A program made the translations under genes and the position numbers. A stretch of DNA of 64,000 bases from Arthrobacter sp. (GTDB lineage: Bacteria > Actinomycetota > Actinomycetes > Actinomycetales > Micrococcaceae): assembly GCA_026393275.1 (NCBI GenBank), contig JAPLAM010000045.1, forward strand, positions 74,795 through 138,794, given 5' to 3'. Of this stretch, positions 28,661-38,114 are shown in pieces; within the stretch, counting starts at the first letter, position 1; each line of letters starts with the position of its first letter. The notes under the pieces were generated by a model. The model ran no database searches. It was not told the DNA's origin and saw only the letters and a program-made list of their open reading frames with translations.

Positions 28661-28894
28661 ATGACCGACAACGACAGCAATAAGAGCAGCGATGCAGAGG
28701 TCGAAGACGCCGGGAAGCAGCGCACAGCCGAGTCCCCCGGCGCGGGCATCAAATCCCGCCTAACCGAGGCGCAGAAGGAGATGCTCGCCAGCAAATCGCG
28801 GGGCGGTGCCTCCTCGCAGAGCGTCGGTCACAGCCACAAGCCCACGCACGCAAGCGGCAAGCAGGGTCCGGCGGAGAAAAAGGTCCGCTGGTAG
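28661..28894 (+). CDS. Small hydrophilic hypothetical protein (77 aa)
   Basis: GAGGAGAG SD; low-complexity, basic C-terminus. Confidence 0.65.
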   Translation: MTDNDSNKSSDAEVEDAGKQRTAESPGAGIKSRLTEAQKEMLASKSRGGASSQSVGHSHKPTHASGKQGPAEKKVRW

Positions 28895-29001
28895 CTCCTG
28901 CAGACATCTCCTCTTGGCCGACCTACGATGGATCAACACTTCGTTTCACAGCGCATCGTTGGTCGGCGCATCCTTCGTCGGCACAGGGGAAAGGAAGAGC
29001 A

Positions 29002-29259
29002 ATGGCGGAACACCACTCCGGAGACGGGATCGAGCCTGAGGTAGCCAGCCACCTGGCTGAAACCATGGACGAGGCGCCCGGCCCCGAACCCGTGCACCAC
29101 CTTCCGCCTGCTGCGTCCGAGGGCCAGCAATGGCCGGACGGCAGCGGCAAGCATCGCCACCCCAAGGAACATGACGCCAAACACGGCCGGCCGGGCCAGG
29201 AGGCAGCGGTAAACGCGGTTCACCGGACCGGCAAACCGGACGTCCCGCACTCCTCGTAG
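29002..29259 (+). CDS. Small His-rich hypothetical protein (85 aa)
   Basis: GGAAGGAAGAG SD-like element; His-rich hydrophilic sequence. Confidence 0.55.
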   Translation: MAEHHSGDGIEPEVASHLAETMDEAPGPEPVHHLPPAASEGQQWPDGSGKHRHPKEHDAKHGRPGQEAAVNAVHRTGKPDVPHSS

Positions 29260-29347
29260 GAGCATGGGCCGGCAGAGGCCCCGGGCTGCTTCAGCTTCCC
29301 ACGTGGTGGGGCCGTTGGGAGGTTGGGCCTGGCGGGTTGCCCCGAGT

Positions 29348-29760
29348 GGACATGCGCCGCGTCGAGGCCCGCGGATGGGCATGTTCCCGTTGTGTCCAAT
29401 CCTGGGTGTGACCACTGGGCATGTCCGGGTGTGACCACTGGGCATGTCCGACTGAGAACCGGGCCGCGTCTGCCGAAAAATGGGCATGTCCGGCCGTGGC
29501 GCGCACCGCTTCCTGGGGACATGCGCCGCGCCGAGGCCCGCGGATGGGCATGTTCCCGTTGTGTCCAATCCTGGGTGTGACCACTGGGCATATCCTACTG
29601 AGGATTGGCGTCGCTTCCTGGGGATATGCGCCGCGTCGAGGCCCGCGGATGGGCATGTTCCCGTTGTGTCCAATCCTGGGTGTGACCACTGGGCATGTCC
29701 TCCCGAAACCTGTGCCGCGCGTCGCGAAGATTGGGCATGTCCTACTGAGAACCGGGCCGC
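29348..29760. repeat. Repeat array 1: three 79-bp units with GGACATGC/GCATGTCC ends plus TGGGCATGTCC satellites
   Basis: Units at 29348-29426, 29517-29595, 29622-29700; 23-bp tandem duplication 29404-29449. Confidence 0.93.
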
Positions 29761-29780
29761 GCTTCCGACGAGGTTCACCC

Positions 29781-30902
29781 CTACGGGCAGTCCGCCTGAC
29801 CGGTGGTGGACGCGCGCTCGATGAGCGTGCTGGCCAGGGTCAGCTGCGGCTCGGCGAGCATATTGCCCTGCATCAGTTCCTTCAACGCCCGGCCCGCTTG
29901 TTCCCCGAGGGCCGCCGCCGGTAGGTGCACGCTGGTCAGCGCCGGGCTGCTGGTGGCCGAATAGGGCAGGTCGTCGAATCCGGCCACGGCCAGCCGCTCC
30001 GGAACCGCGACGCCGGCCACCCGGGCCTCCTGCAGCACACCGTAGGCGTGCGTGTCCGTACAGCAGACGACGGCGGTGATCCCGCTGCGCTGCCAGGCTG
30101 GCCACGAGTCGGCAAAGGCGGCGGCCGCGGCGCCGACGTCGATGGGGGTGCTGGCGATGGCGCCGTCGGGCACCTGGATGCCGCTGGCGGCGGCCTGGGC
30201 CAGAAACGCTTCCCGCCGCACCTGGAAGGTGGCCGTCCCGCTGGTGCTGTCCAGATAGGCCACCCGCACATGCCCCAGGTTCGCCAGGTGCTTGGCCAGC
30301 TCGCGGGCGCCGTGCCCCACATCAAGGTTCACGGACGGCGCGTAGCCCTCAACCCCGGGCGCGTCCAGCAGCACCACGGGGGCGGTGCTGTGCAGCCGGT
30401 CCAGGAACGCTGCATCGGGGGCATCCACCAGCAGGCCGGCCGGCCGTAGCGACATCAGGGCGCGGACCTCCTCCGGCGTGGGCAGCTGGCCGGGCTCGCT
30501 GACCGCCAGGAGCAGCTGGTACTCCGCGCCCAGCGCGTTGCGCACGCCGGCGATCACCTTGGCAAAGAAGGGGTTGGCGACGTCCGGCGCCGCCAGAATG
30601 ACCAGGTTGCTGCCGCCGCGGGCAAGCGAGCTGCCGATGCCGTCCACCACGTAGCCGAGCTCGTCAATCGCCTGGCTGACGCGGGCGACTTTGTCCGCCG
30701 AGACGCGGCCCTCGGTCTTGCCGTTGGCCACCAGGGAGACGGTCGCGATCGAGACGCCGGCCCGGGCGGCCACCATTGCCGCCGTGACGCGCGCACCGGG
30801 CCTGCCGCCCACGGTTCTTGCCGCAGCCCCGGCGCGAAGGGCGCGGGCGGCTTGGGCGGGGACAGCGTGGGGGTGGGGGACGGATTCGTCATTGGACCGC
30901 AT
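29781..30902 (-). CDS. LacI-family transcriptional regulator (UriR-like)
   Basis: HTH 'MVAARAGVSIATVSLV', 'NPFFAKV', 'GFDD....P.LTSV'; TACCAT-N6-ATG supports start 30902. Confidence 0.92.
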   Translation of the reverse strand: MRSNDESVPHPHAVPAQAARALRAGAAARTVGGRPGARVTAAMVAARAGVSIATVSLVANGKTEGRVSADKVARVSQAIDELGYVVDGIGSSLARGGSNLVILAAPDVANPFFAKVIAGVRNALGAEYQLLLAVSEPGQLPTPEEVRALMSLRPAGLLVDAPDAAFLDRLHSTAPVVLLDAPGVEGYAPSVNLDVGHGARELAKHLANLGHVRVAYLDSTSGTATFQVRREAFLAQAAASGIQVPDGAIASTPIDVGAAAAAFADSWPAWQRSGITAVVCCTDTHAYGVLQEARVAGVAVPERLAVAGFDDLPYSATSSPALTSVHLPAAALGEQAGRALKELMQGNMLAEPQLTLASTLIERASTTGQADCP

Positions 30903-30947
30903 GCCTCGATGGTATCCGTCCGGGAGCCTTCCGCGCGGAATATGGCA

Positions 30948-30987
30948 TCAAGCGTTTGACGCAATGTTAGTTAAGCGTTTGACGCAA
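30948..30987. promoter_or_regulatory. Tandem LacI-type operators (AAGCGTTTGACGCAA x2, period 23)
   Basis: TCAAGCGTTTGA (30948) and TTAAGCGTTTGA (30971) with central CG, between divergent regulator and operon. Confidence 0.75.
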
Positions 30988-31062
30988 CGGCGGCGTGGTG
31001 CCACACTTTTTCTATCTGACTCTGCATGCCCCGTGCAGAGGCCCCAAAGACGTGGAGTAATC

Positions 31063-32028
31063 ATGACTGTCCCATCCGGCAAGCCGCGCAAGATCATCCT
31101 GGACTGCGACCCCGGCCACGATGACGCCGTCGCCCTCCTGCTGGCGCACGGCAACCCGAACATCGACCTGCTGGCCGTGACCACCGTGGTCGGCAACCAG
31201 ACGCTGGAAAAGGTGACCCGCAACGCCCTGGCCGTGGGCACCATCGCCGGCATCACCGGCGTCCCCTTCGCCGCAGGCTGCGACCGCCCGCTGGTGCGGA
31301 AAATCGAAACGGCGCCCGACATCCACGGCGATTCCGGCATGGATGGCCCGGACCAGCCGGAGCCGGCCATCACCCTGGACCCGCGCCACGCCGTCGACCT
31401 CATCATTGAAACGATCATGGCCCACGAGCCCGGCACCGTGACCCTGGTCCCCACCGCGGGGCTGACCAACATTGCCATGGCGGCCCGTAAGGAGCCGCGC
31501 ATTGTTGAACGCGTGCAGGAGGTTGTCCTGATGGGCGGCGGCTACCACGTAGGCAACTGGAGCGCCGTAGCCGAATTCAACATCAAGATCGACCCCGAGG
31601 CCGCCCACATCGTCTTCAACGAGAAGTGGCCAGTGGTCATGGTGGGCCTGGACCTGACGCACCAGGCGCTCGCCACCCCCGAGGTGGTGGCGCAGATCGA
31701 GGCCGTGGGCACCAAGCCGGCCAAGTTCGTGATGGAGCTGATGGAGTTCTTCACCAAGACGTATAAGGACGCCCAAGGCTTCGACTACCCGCCGGTGCAC
31801 GACCCCTGCGCCGTGGCCTACGTCATCGACCCGACCGTCATGACCACCCGCAAGGTACCGGTGGACATCGAGCTCACCGGCACGCTGACCCTCGGCATGA
31901 CCGTGGCCGATTTCCGCGCCCCGGCACCCGACGACTGCCACACCTCCGTGGCCGTGGATCTGGACCACGAGAAGTTCTGGAACCTGGTCACGGACGCCCT
32001 CGTGCGCATCGGGGAGGTTGACCTGTGA
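31063..32028 (+). CDS. Inosine-uridine preferring nucleoside hydrolase
   Basis: DCDPGHDD, IHGDSGMDG, AEFNI..DPEAA, VHDPCAV. Confidence 0.95.
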   Translation: MTVPSGKPRKIILDCDPGHDDAVALLLAHGNPNIDLLAVTTVVGNQTLEKVTRNALAVGTIAGITGVPFAAGCDRPLVRKIETAPDIHGDSGMDGPDQPEPAITLDPRHAVDLIIETIMAHEPGTVTLVPTAGLTNIAMAARKEPRIVERVQEVVLMGGGYHVGNWSAVAEFNIKIDPEAAHIVFNEKWPVVMVGLDLTHQALATPEVVAQIEAVGTKPAKFVMELMEFFTKTYKDAQGFDYPPVHDPCAVAYVIDPTVMTTRKVPVDIELTGTLTLGMTVADFRAPAPDDCHTSVAVDLDHEKFWNLVTDALVRIGEVDL

Positions 32029-33449
32029 GCAACTCCCTGACCGGCTCCAAGACCGGTACCGCCAACGTCGCCGCGCTGATGACGGCACTGCTGGCCGCCT
32101 GCGTGGCGTTCCAGCTCAACGCCTCCATGCTCAGCCCCGCCCTGGTCACCATGGGCCGGGAGCTGAACGCGGACCAGGCCGTCATCGGGCTGTCCCAGAC
32201 CTCGTTCTTCACCGCCGCGGCGCTGTTCTCGCTCTTCCTGCCGCGCCTGAGCGACATTGTGGGCCGCAAGAAGATCCTGGTCATCATGATGATCCTGATG
32301 GCCGCAGGCTCCGTGATTTCGGCCCTCGCGCCCGACGTCACCTGGCTCTTCGTGGGCCGCATCATCCAGGGCGTCAGCGGCCCCACGGTCCCGCTGTGCC
32401 TGATCATGCTGCACTCGGCCGTCAGTGAGCCGAAGAAATACGGCGTGCTGATGGGCCTCATCACCGCCGTCAACGGCGGCATCGCCGGCGTCGACTCCTT
32501 CGTGGGCGGCTACTTCGCCGAGCACTACGGCTTCCGAAGCATCTTCTGGCTGATGGTGGTCCTGGGCGTCGTCGCCACGGCCCTGGTTGTCTGGCTGGCC
32601 GGCGAAAGCAAGCCGGGCGAGGGCACCAAGATGGACTGGGCGGGCGTGTTCTTCATCGTGGTGGCCGTCGGCGCGCTGCTGACCGCGCTCAACCAGGCCT
32701 CCGGCCTGCTGGCCGGCTTCTCCGCCGCCACGCTGGCGTGGTCCGTGGGCCTGGCGGTCGTCGCTGTCGTGGCCTTCGCACTGTTCTGGAACACGGAAAA
32801 GCGCTCCACGCACCCCATGGTGGAGGTGGCCCACCTGCGCCAGCGCGCCACCTGGGCCCCACTGCTGACCACCACGCTGACCATGACGGGCATCTTCGCC
32901 GTGATCAATGGCATTGTGCCCGCCTTCGTGCAGGCCGCCGACCCCGGCTTCGGGATCGGCGCCACGGAGATGTCGCTGCTGATCCTCACCCCCTACGCGC
33001 TGCTGGGCTGGGTCTTTGGCCCGATCAGCGGCCGGCTCGCACCCGTGCTGGGCTACACCCGCGTGCTGCGCATCGGCATGGTGGGCTCGCTGGTGGCACT
33101 GGCCATCATCGGCTTCTTTGGCCTGCATAACCTCGGGCTGATGATCGCCGGCACCGTGCTGCTGGGCATCATGTACGCCGGCACCGTGAACATCATGCTC
33201 AACGGCCTGGGCGTGGTGCTCTCGCCCAAGGGCAACCCCGGGTTCCTGCCGGGCATGAACGCCGGCGCCTTCAACCTGGGCGCCGGGCTGAGCTTCCTGG
33301 TGCTGCCGGCCGTGCTGGCGGCCGCCGGCTCCATGGGCGGCGCGGGCTCCTACCTGGTCACCGTCGTGGTGGCACTGGTGCTCACCGCACTGGCGCTGGG
33401 CGCATCGATGCTGATCCCCAAGCCGGTCGAGGCCGAGGTGACGCACTGA
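32025..33449 (+). CDS. MFS transporter, UriT-like (nucleoside uptake)
   Basis: About 14 TM; 'LSDIVGRKK'; context between nucleoside hydrolase and ribokinase. Confidence 0.85.
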   Translation: MSNSLTGSKTGTANVAALMTALLAACVAFQLNASMLSPALVTMGRELNADQAVIGLSQTSFFTAAALFSLFLPRLSDIVGRKKILVIMMILMAAGSVISALAPDVTWLFVGRIIQGVSGPTVPLCLIMLHSAVSEPKKYGVLMGLITAVNGGIAGVDSFVGGYFAEHYGFRSIFWLMVVLGVVATALVVWLAGESKPGEGTKMDWAGVFFIVVAVGALLTALNQASGLLAGFSAATLAWSVGLAVVAVVAFALFWNTEKRSTHPMVEVAHLRQRATWAPLLTTTLTMTGIFAVINGIVPAFVQAADPGFGIGATEMSLLILTPYALLGWVFGPISGRLAPVLGYTRVLRIGMVGSLVALAIIGFFGLHNLGLMIAGTVLLGIMYAGTVNIMLNGLGVVLSPKGNPGFLPGMNAGAFNLGAGLSFLVLPAVLAAAGSMGGAGSYLVTVVVALVLTALALGASMLIPKPVEAEVTH

Positions 33450-33451
33450 CC

Positions 33452-34402
33452 ATGAACGCACCGACGAACGCCCCGAACGCCGGCAGCATAGTGGTGGTGG
33501 GCTCCCTGAACGCGGACCTGACCATCTACACCGAGCGGCTGCCGCTGCCGGGCGAAACCCTGCACGGGAGCGGCTTCGCCGTGAACCCGGGCGGCAAGAG
33601 CGCCAACCAGGCCGTGGCCGCGGCCCGGCTGGGCGGCGCCGTCACGCTGATCGGCGCGGTGGGCGCAGACGACAACGGCGCCATGCTGCTGGCCTCCACG
33701 GCCGGCGCGGGCGTGGACGTCACCCGCGTCCGGCAAACCGCCGAGCCCACCGGCGTCGCCGTGATTTCCGTGGACGCGGCCGGGGAGAACTCCATCATCA
33801 TCGCCGCCGGGGCCAACGGAACGCTGGCACCGGCGGACGTGGATCCGGCCGCGTTCGACGGCGCCGCCGTCGTAGGCCTCTGCCTGGAGGTGCCGGTGGA
33901 GACGGTGCAGGCGGCAGCGCAGGCCGGGCACGACGCCGGCGCCCGGGTGCTTCTGAACCTCTCGCCGTATGCGCCCATTCCGGAGGCCCTGGCCGGGCTC
34001 ACGGACGTGCTGCTGGTCAACGCCCACGAGGCCTCGCAGTTCCTTGGCGGCTTCGAGTTGCCATCACCGGAGGCTCCGGAAGCCGAGTGGGAGCCCGCCG
34101 TGGCGCAGTTTGCCGCGCACGGGCTGGCGCAGGTGTTGGTGACGCTGGGCTCGCAGGGCTCGGTGGTGCTGGACTCCTCGGCCGGCACCCCGGTGGTACG
34201 GATCGCGCCCACCCGGGTGGACGCCGTGGACACCACCGGTGCCGGGGACGCCTTCACCGGCGCCGTCGCCGCGCGCCTGGCCGCGGGGGACACCCTGGTG
34301 GACTCCGCCCGCTACGCCTCCGTGGCCGCGGCCATGGCCGCCACCCGCAAGGGCACCCAGACGGCCTACCCGACTGCGGCCGAGGTCAACGACTTCCGCT
34401 AG
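33452..34402 (+). CDS. rbsK: Ribokinase
   Basis: GSLNAD, PGGKSANQA, N.HEA, DTTGAGDAF. Confidence 0.92.
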   Translation: MNAPTNAPNAGSIVVVGSLNADLTIYTERLPLPGETLHGSGFAVNPGGKSANQAVAAARLGGAVTLIGAVGADDNGAMLLASTAGAGVDVTRVRQTAEPTGVAVISVDAAGENSIIIAAGANGTLAPADVDPAAFDGAAVVGLCLEVPVETVQAAAQAGHDAGARVLLNLSPYAPIPEALAGLTDVLLVNAHEASQFLGGFELPSPEAPEAEWEPAVAQFAAHGLAQVLVTLGSQGSVVLDSSAGTPVVRIAPTRVDAVDTTGAGDAFTGAVAARLAAGDTLVDSARYASVAAAMAATRKGTQTAYPTAAEVNDFR

Positions 34403-34441
34403 CTCCCGCAGCTGATCGTGAGGGCCCGCCGCAGCGGGCCC

Positions 34442-36979
34442 TCACTGGGGTTCGACGACGACGTCCGCTGGGGCCTTGTCCAGGCGCCAGCCGCGCCAGA
34501 CCGGGTGCCGGAGCTTCCCGCTTCCGGTCCAGTCGCCGAAGGTGACCTCGCCCACGAGTCTGGCGGACACCCACCGGGCATCCGCGGCGTCCTCCGCCGG
34601 GACGTCCGCAAAGGGCGACGTCTTGCGCGGCATGGCATCGAGCTGCTGCCGCAGTTCCTCGAGTTCGCGGGTGCTGAACCCGCTGCCCACCCGGCCCACG
34701 TAGCGCAGCTTCGGCCCGTCCGGGATACCCAGCAGCAGCGAACCGACCGAGTCGCGGCGCTCGCCGTTGCCGGGCCGCCAGCCGCCGACCACCACCTCCT
34801 GGGTTTTCTCGAACTTGAGCTTGAGCCAGGAGCGGCTCCGCTGCCCGACGTAGCGCCCGTCGACGCGTTTGGCCATCACACCTTCCAGCCCCAGTTCCTC
34901 GGCGCTCGCCAGGATGTGCCCGACGTCGGCGTCGATCACCGCGGACAGTTCCACCGGACAGCCGCCGGGCGGAGGGCCGGCGCCGAGGAAGGCTTCGAGC
35001 CGGCTCCGGCGCTCCTTCAGCGGGCGGCGGCGGAGATCCTCGCCGCCCTCGGTGAGCAGGTCGAAGAGCATCAGGCGCACCGGGGTGGCGGTCCGCGCCT
35101 TCGCGACGTCGCCGGCCTTGGTCAGCTTCATCCGTTCCTGCAGCAGCCCGAAGTCGGGACGGCCGGACGGGCCGACGGCGATGATCTCACCGTCGGCGGC
35201 GAAGTCCTGCGGCGGCCAGCAGGCCCGGTCCGTGAGCTCCGGGTAGCTGGCAGACATGTCGTTGCCGTTGCGGCTGATCAGCCGGATCCGGTCCGCGTCG
35301 CCCAGGACCAGGGCCCGCACGCCGTCCCACTTGAGCTCGAACTGCCAATCCTTGTCCGCCAGGTCCGCCCTGGTCCCGGCGCTGGCCAGCATCGGGGCGA
35401 GCAACCCCGGGTCCGGGGCGGGGGCCGGGGTAGGGTTGGCGCCCTGGGCCGGAGCCGGGCGGGTCGCGGGAAGTTCCGCCGCCGGCGCCGGGTGGGCCGG
35501 CCGCCCACCCGGGGCGTCCATGAGGTGGATGAGCCATTGGTCGTTGGCCTGGCCGGTGTGGATCAGCGCGAACCTCCGGACACCGCCCAGCCCGCCGCCC
35601 TCCTGCCCGGTGAGGGTGGCGATGACTTCCTTACCCGCGATCCACTTCTCGCATTCGTAGTGCCCCCGGTCCCAGATGGTGACGGTGCCGGCGCCGTACT
35701 GGCCCTTGGGGATGGTGCCTTCGAAGTCCGCGTAGTCCATCGGGTGGTCCTCCGTCTGGACCGCGAGATGGTTCTGGGCCTTGCTGGTGGGGACTCCCTT
35801 GGGGAGCGCCCAAGACACCAGCACGCCGTCGCGCTCGAGGCGGAAGTCAAAGTGCAGCCGGCTGGCGTGGTGCTCCTGGATGACGAAACTCTCCCGGAGC
35901 GCGCCGCCGTCGTTCCTGCTGAGATGCTGCTCGGCCGTGAACGGCTCCGGGGTGGCTGCGGCGTTCCGTTTGGTGCGGTATTCCGCCAGCCGGGGGTCGG
36001 CGTCGCCCCCGTTGCCGCTGCCAGCGGGCCGTTGCGATCCCCGCGCCGCGGATCCGGCGTCGTCGAAGGCCGCGGGAGTGCCGTGGTGCGCGCCGCCGGA
36101 GATGACGGCGAAGGGGTCCTTGCCGGCCCGGACCCGCTTGATCACTTCCTGGTAGTCGAGCTGGTGCAGCGAAGTGGAGCGGAGCTCCTGCCACGTCCGC
36201 GGCGCCGCCACGGTGGGGCGGAGCCTGCCGCGCAGGGAGTAGGGCACGATGGTGGTCTTCGCGGCGCTGTTCTGGCTCCAGTCCACCAGCACCTTGCCGG
36301 TGCGCAGGGTCTTTTTCATGTCGCTCACTGCCAGCTCCGGGTGGTCCGCCTCCAGCGCTCGGGCCAGTTCGTGCGCAAACTCGGACACCTGGTCCGAGCT
36401 TTGCGTCCCGTCCAGGCCGGCGTAGAGGTGGATGCCCTTGCTACCGCTGGTCACGGGCACCGGGTCCAGGCCGACGTCCTGCAGGATGCCGCGGGCCAGC
36501 AAGGCGACCTCCACGCACTCGGCCAGCCCGGCGCCGTCGCCGGGATCCAGGTCCAGCACCAGCCTGTCCGGCGGCAGGGCGTTGCCGTGCGGATCCACCC
36601 GCCACTGCGGCACATGGATTTCCAGCGCCGCGATCTGCGCCAGCCAGGTGAGGGTGGCCAGATCGTTGACCAGCGGGTACTGGATGGCGCGCTCCTTGTG
36701 CGTAATAGAGGCGCGCGGCACCCAGCCCGGCGTGGAGTGGTCCAGGTTCTTCTGGAAGAACATCTCGCCCGGCGCTTCGGCGGTCCCCACGCCGTGCACC
36801 CAGCGCTTCCGGGTGGCGGGCCGGTTCGCCGCCGCGGGGATCAGCACCGGCGCCACCACGGCGTAGTAGGCGAGGACGTCGGCCTTGGTGGTCCCGGTTT
36901 CCGGATACATGATCTTGTCCAGGTTGGTCAGCACCAGTTCCCTGCCATCAACCCGGACGCGTTCCTTACTCTCGGCCAA
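34442..36979 (-). CDS. ligD: Multifunctional NHEJ ligase D (Pol-PE-Lig)
   Basis: 'TNLDKIMYP', 'DLDPG', PE 'QEHHASRLHFDFRLE...EDHP', ligase 'KWDG', 'LRHPVWRGWR.DK'. Confidence 0.95.
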   Translation of the reverse strand: MAESKERVRVDGRELVLTNLDKIMYPETGTTKADVLAYYAVVAPVLIPAAANRPATRKRWVHGVGTAEAPGEMFFQKNLDHSTPGWVPRASITHKERAIQYPLVNDLATLTWLAQIAALEIHVPQWRVDPHGNALPPDRLVLDLDPGDGAGLAECVEVALLARGILQDVGLDPVPVTSGSKGIHLYAGLDGTQSSDQVSEFAHELARALEADHPELAVSDMKKTLRTGKVLVDWSQNSAAKTTIVPYSLRGRLRPTVAAPRTWQELRSTSLHQLDYQEVIKRVRAGKDPFAVISGGAHHGTPAAFDDAGSAARGSQRPAGSGNGGDADPRLAEYRTKRNAAATPEPFTAEQHLSRNDGGALRESFVIQEHHASRLHFDFRLERDGVLVSWALPKGVPTSKAQNHLAVQTEDHPMDYADFEGTIPKGQYGAGTVTIWDRGHYECEKWIAGKEVIATLTGQEGGGLGGVRRFALIHTGQANDQWLIHLMDAPGGRPAHPAPAAELPATRPAPAQGANPTPAPAPDPGLLAPMLASAGTRADLADKDWQFELKWDGVRALVLGDADRIRLISRNGNDMSASYPELTDRACWPPQDFAADGEIIAVGPSGRPDFGLLQERMKLTKAGDVAKARTATPVRLMLFDLLTEGGEDLRRRPLKERRSRLEAFLGAGPPPGGCPVELSAVIDADVGHILASAEELGLEGVMAKRVDGRYVGQRSRSWLKLKFEKTQEVVVGGWRPGNGERRDSVGSLLLGIPDGPKLRYVGRVGSGFSTRELEELRQQLDAMPRKTSPFADVPAEDAADARWVSARLVGEVTFGDWTGSGKLRHPVWRGWRLDKAPADVVVEPQ

Positions 36980-37019
36980 AACTCTTCACCTCCGTGCGGC
37001 TCTGGTGTTCACTTGAGCC

Positions 37020-38072
37020 ATGAGAGCCATCTGGAAAGGCGCGATAGCGTTCGGGCTGGTCAACGTACCGGTCAAGGTCTATAGCGCGACCGAGGACCAC
37101 GACATCAGTCTGCATCAGGTCCATAACGCCGACGGCGGCCGGATCCGCTACCAGCGCCGGTGCGAGATCTGCAGCAAGGTCATCGACTATGAAGACATCG
37201 ACAAGGCCTACGAGGACGATGGCCGCACGGTAATTCTCAACCGGGAGGAACTCAAGTCGATCCCGGCGGAGAACAGCCATGAGATCGAGGTAGTGCAGTT
37301 CGTGCCCGCGGAGCAGCTCGACCCGATGATGTTTGAGAAGAGCTATTACCTTGAGCCGGACGCCAAGTCGCCCAAGGCCTATGTGCTGCTGCGCCGGGCC
37401 TTGGAAGACACCGACCGGGTGGCTGTCGTGCAGTTCGCGCTGCGGGAAAAGACGCGGCTTGGTGCGTTGCGGGTCCGCGGCGATGTGCTGGTGTTGCAGG
37501 GGCTGCTGTGGGCCGACGAGGTGCGCGAGGCGAGCTTTCCCGCGCTCGAGACCAGCGTGCGGATCTCGACGCAGGAGCGGGAAATGTCCGCGGCCCTGGT
37601 GGACTCGATGGCGACCGACTTCGACCCGGCGCAGTTCACCGACGACTACCAGTTGCAGTTGCGGAAGCTGATCGATGCCAAGATCGAGCAGGGCGAGTCG
37701 CTGGACACGGAGGAGACCTTCGGCGCCCCGGCGGCGGAGGCCGGAACCGGCGAGGTGATCGACTTGATGGAGGCCCTCAAGCGCAGTATTGAGCGAAAGC
37801 GCGGGACGGCTGCCGGCGCAGGCGGCGGTGCTGCCGCCGACGACGACGCCGCCGACCGCGGGGAGACCGGCAGCCAAGGGAAAACCGCTGCAAGGGCGCC
37901 CCGGTCCACGGCCGCTCCGAAGGCCGCAGCCAGTTCCTCCGCGAAGACTACTGCGGCGAAGACTACGGCCGCGAAGGCCACGGCGGCGAAGACTACGGGG
38001 GATAAGACCACTGCCGCGAAGGCCCGCGCATCCAAGACGGCTGCGCCGAAGGAGGCCCGTAAGGGCGCCTGA
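37020..38072 (+). CDS. ku: Ku protein with Lys/Ala/Thr-rich tail
   Basis: 'MRAIWKGAIAFGLVNVPVK', 'KSYYLEP', 'VIDLMEALKRS'. Confidence 0.96.
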   Translation: MRAIWKGAIAFGLVNVPVKVYSATEDHDISLHQVHNADGGRIRYQRRCEICSKVIDYEDIDKAYEDDGRTVILNREELKSIPAENSHEIEVVQFVPAEQLDPMMFEKSYYLEPDAKSPKAYVLLRRALEDTDRVAVVQFALREKTRLGALRVRGDVLVLQGLLWADEVREASFPALETSVRISTQEREMSAALVDSMATDFDPAQFTDDYQLQLRKLIDAKIEQGESLDTEETFGAPAAEAGTGEVIDLMEALKRSIERKRGTAAGAGGGAAADDDAADRGETGSQGKTAARAPRSTAAPKAAASSSAKTTAAKTTAAKATAAKTTGDKTTAAKARASKTAAPKEARKGA

Positions 38073-38114
38073 GCCGGTGCCTGGGTGCCATGCCTGCGGC
38101 CCCGGCGTCATTGC

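Noticed and set aside
15765-29300. Genomic island integrated at tRNA-Lys
   Set aside because: No integrase or transposase, no duplicated tRNA 3' end found by eye, and no obvious compositional break; it looks like a variable region only.
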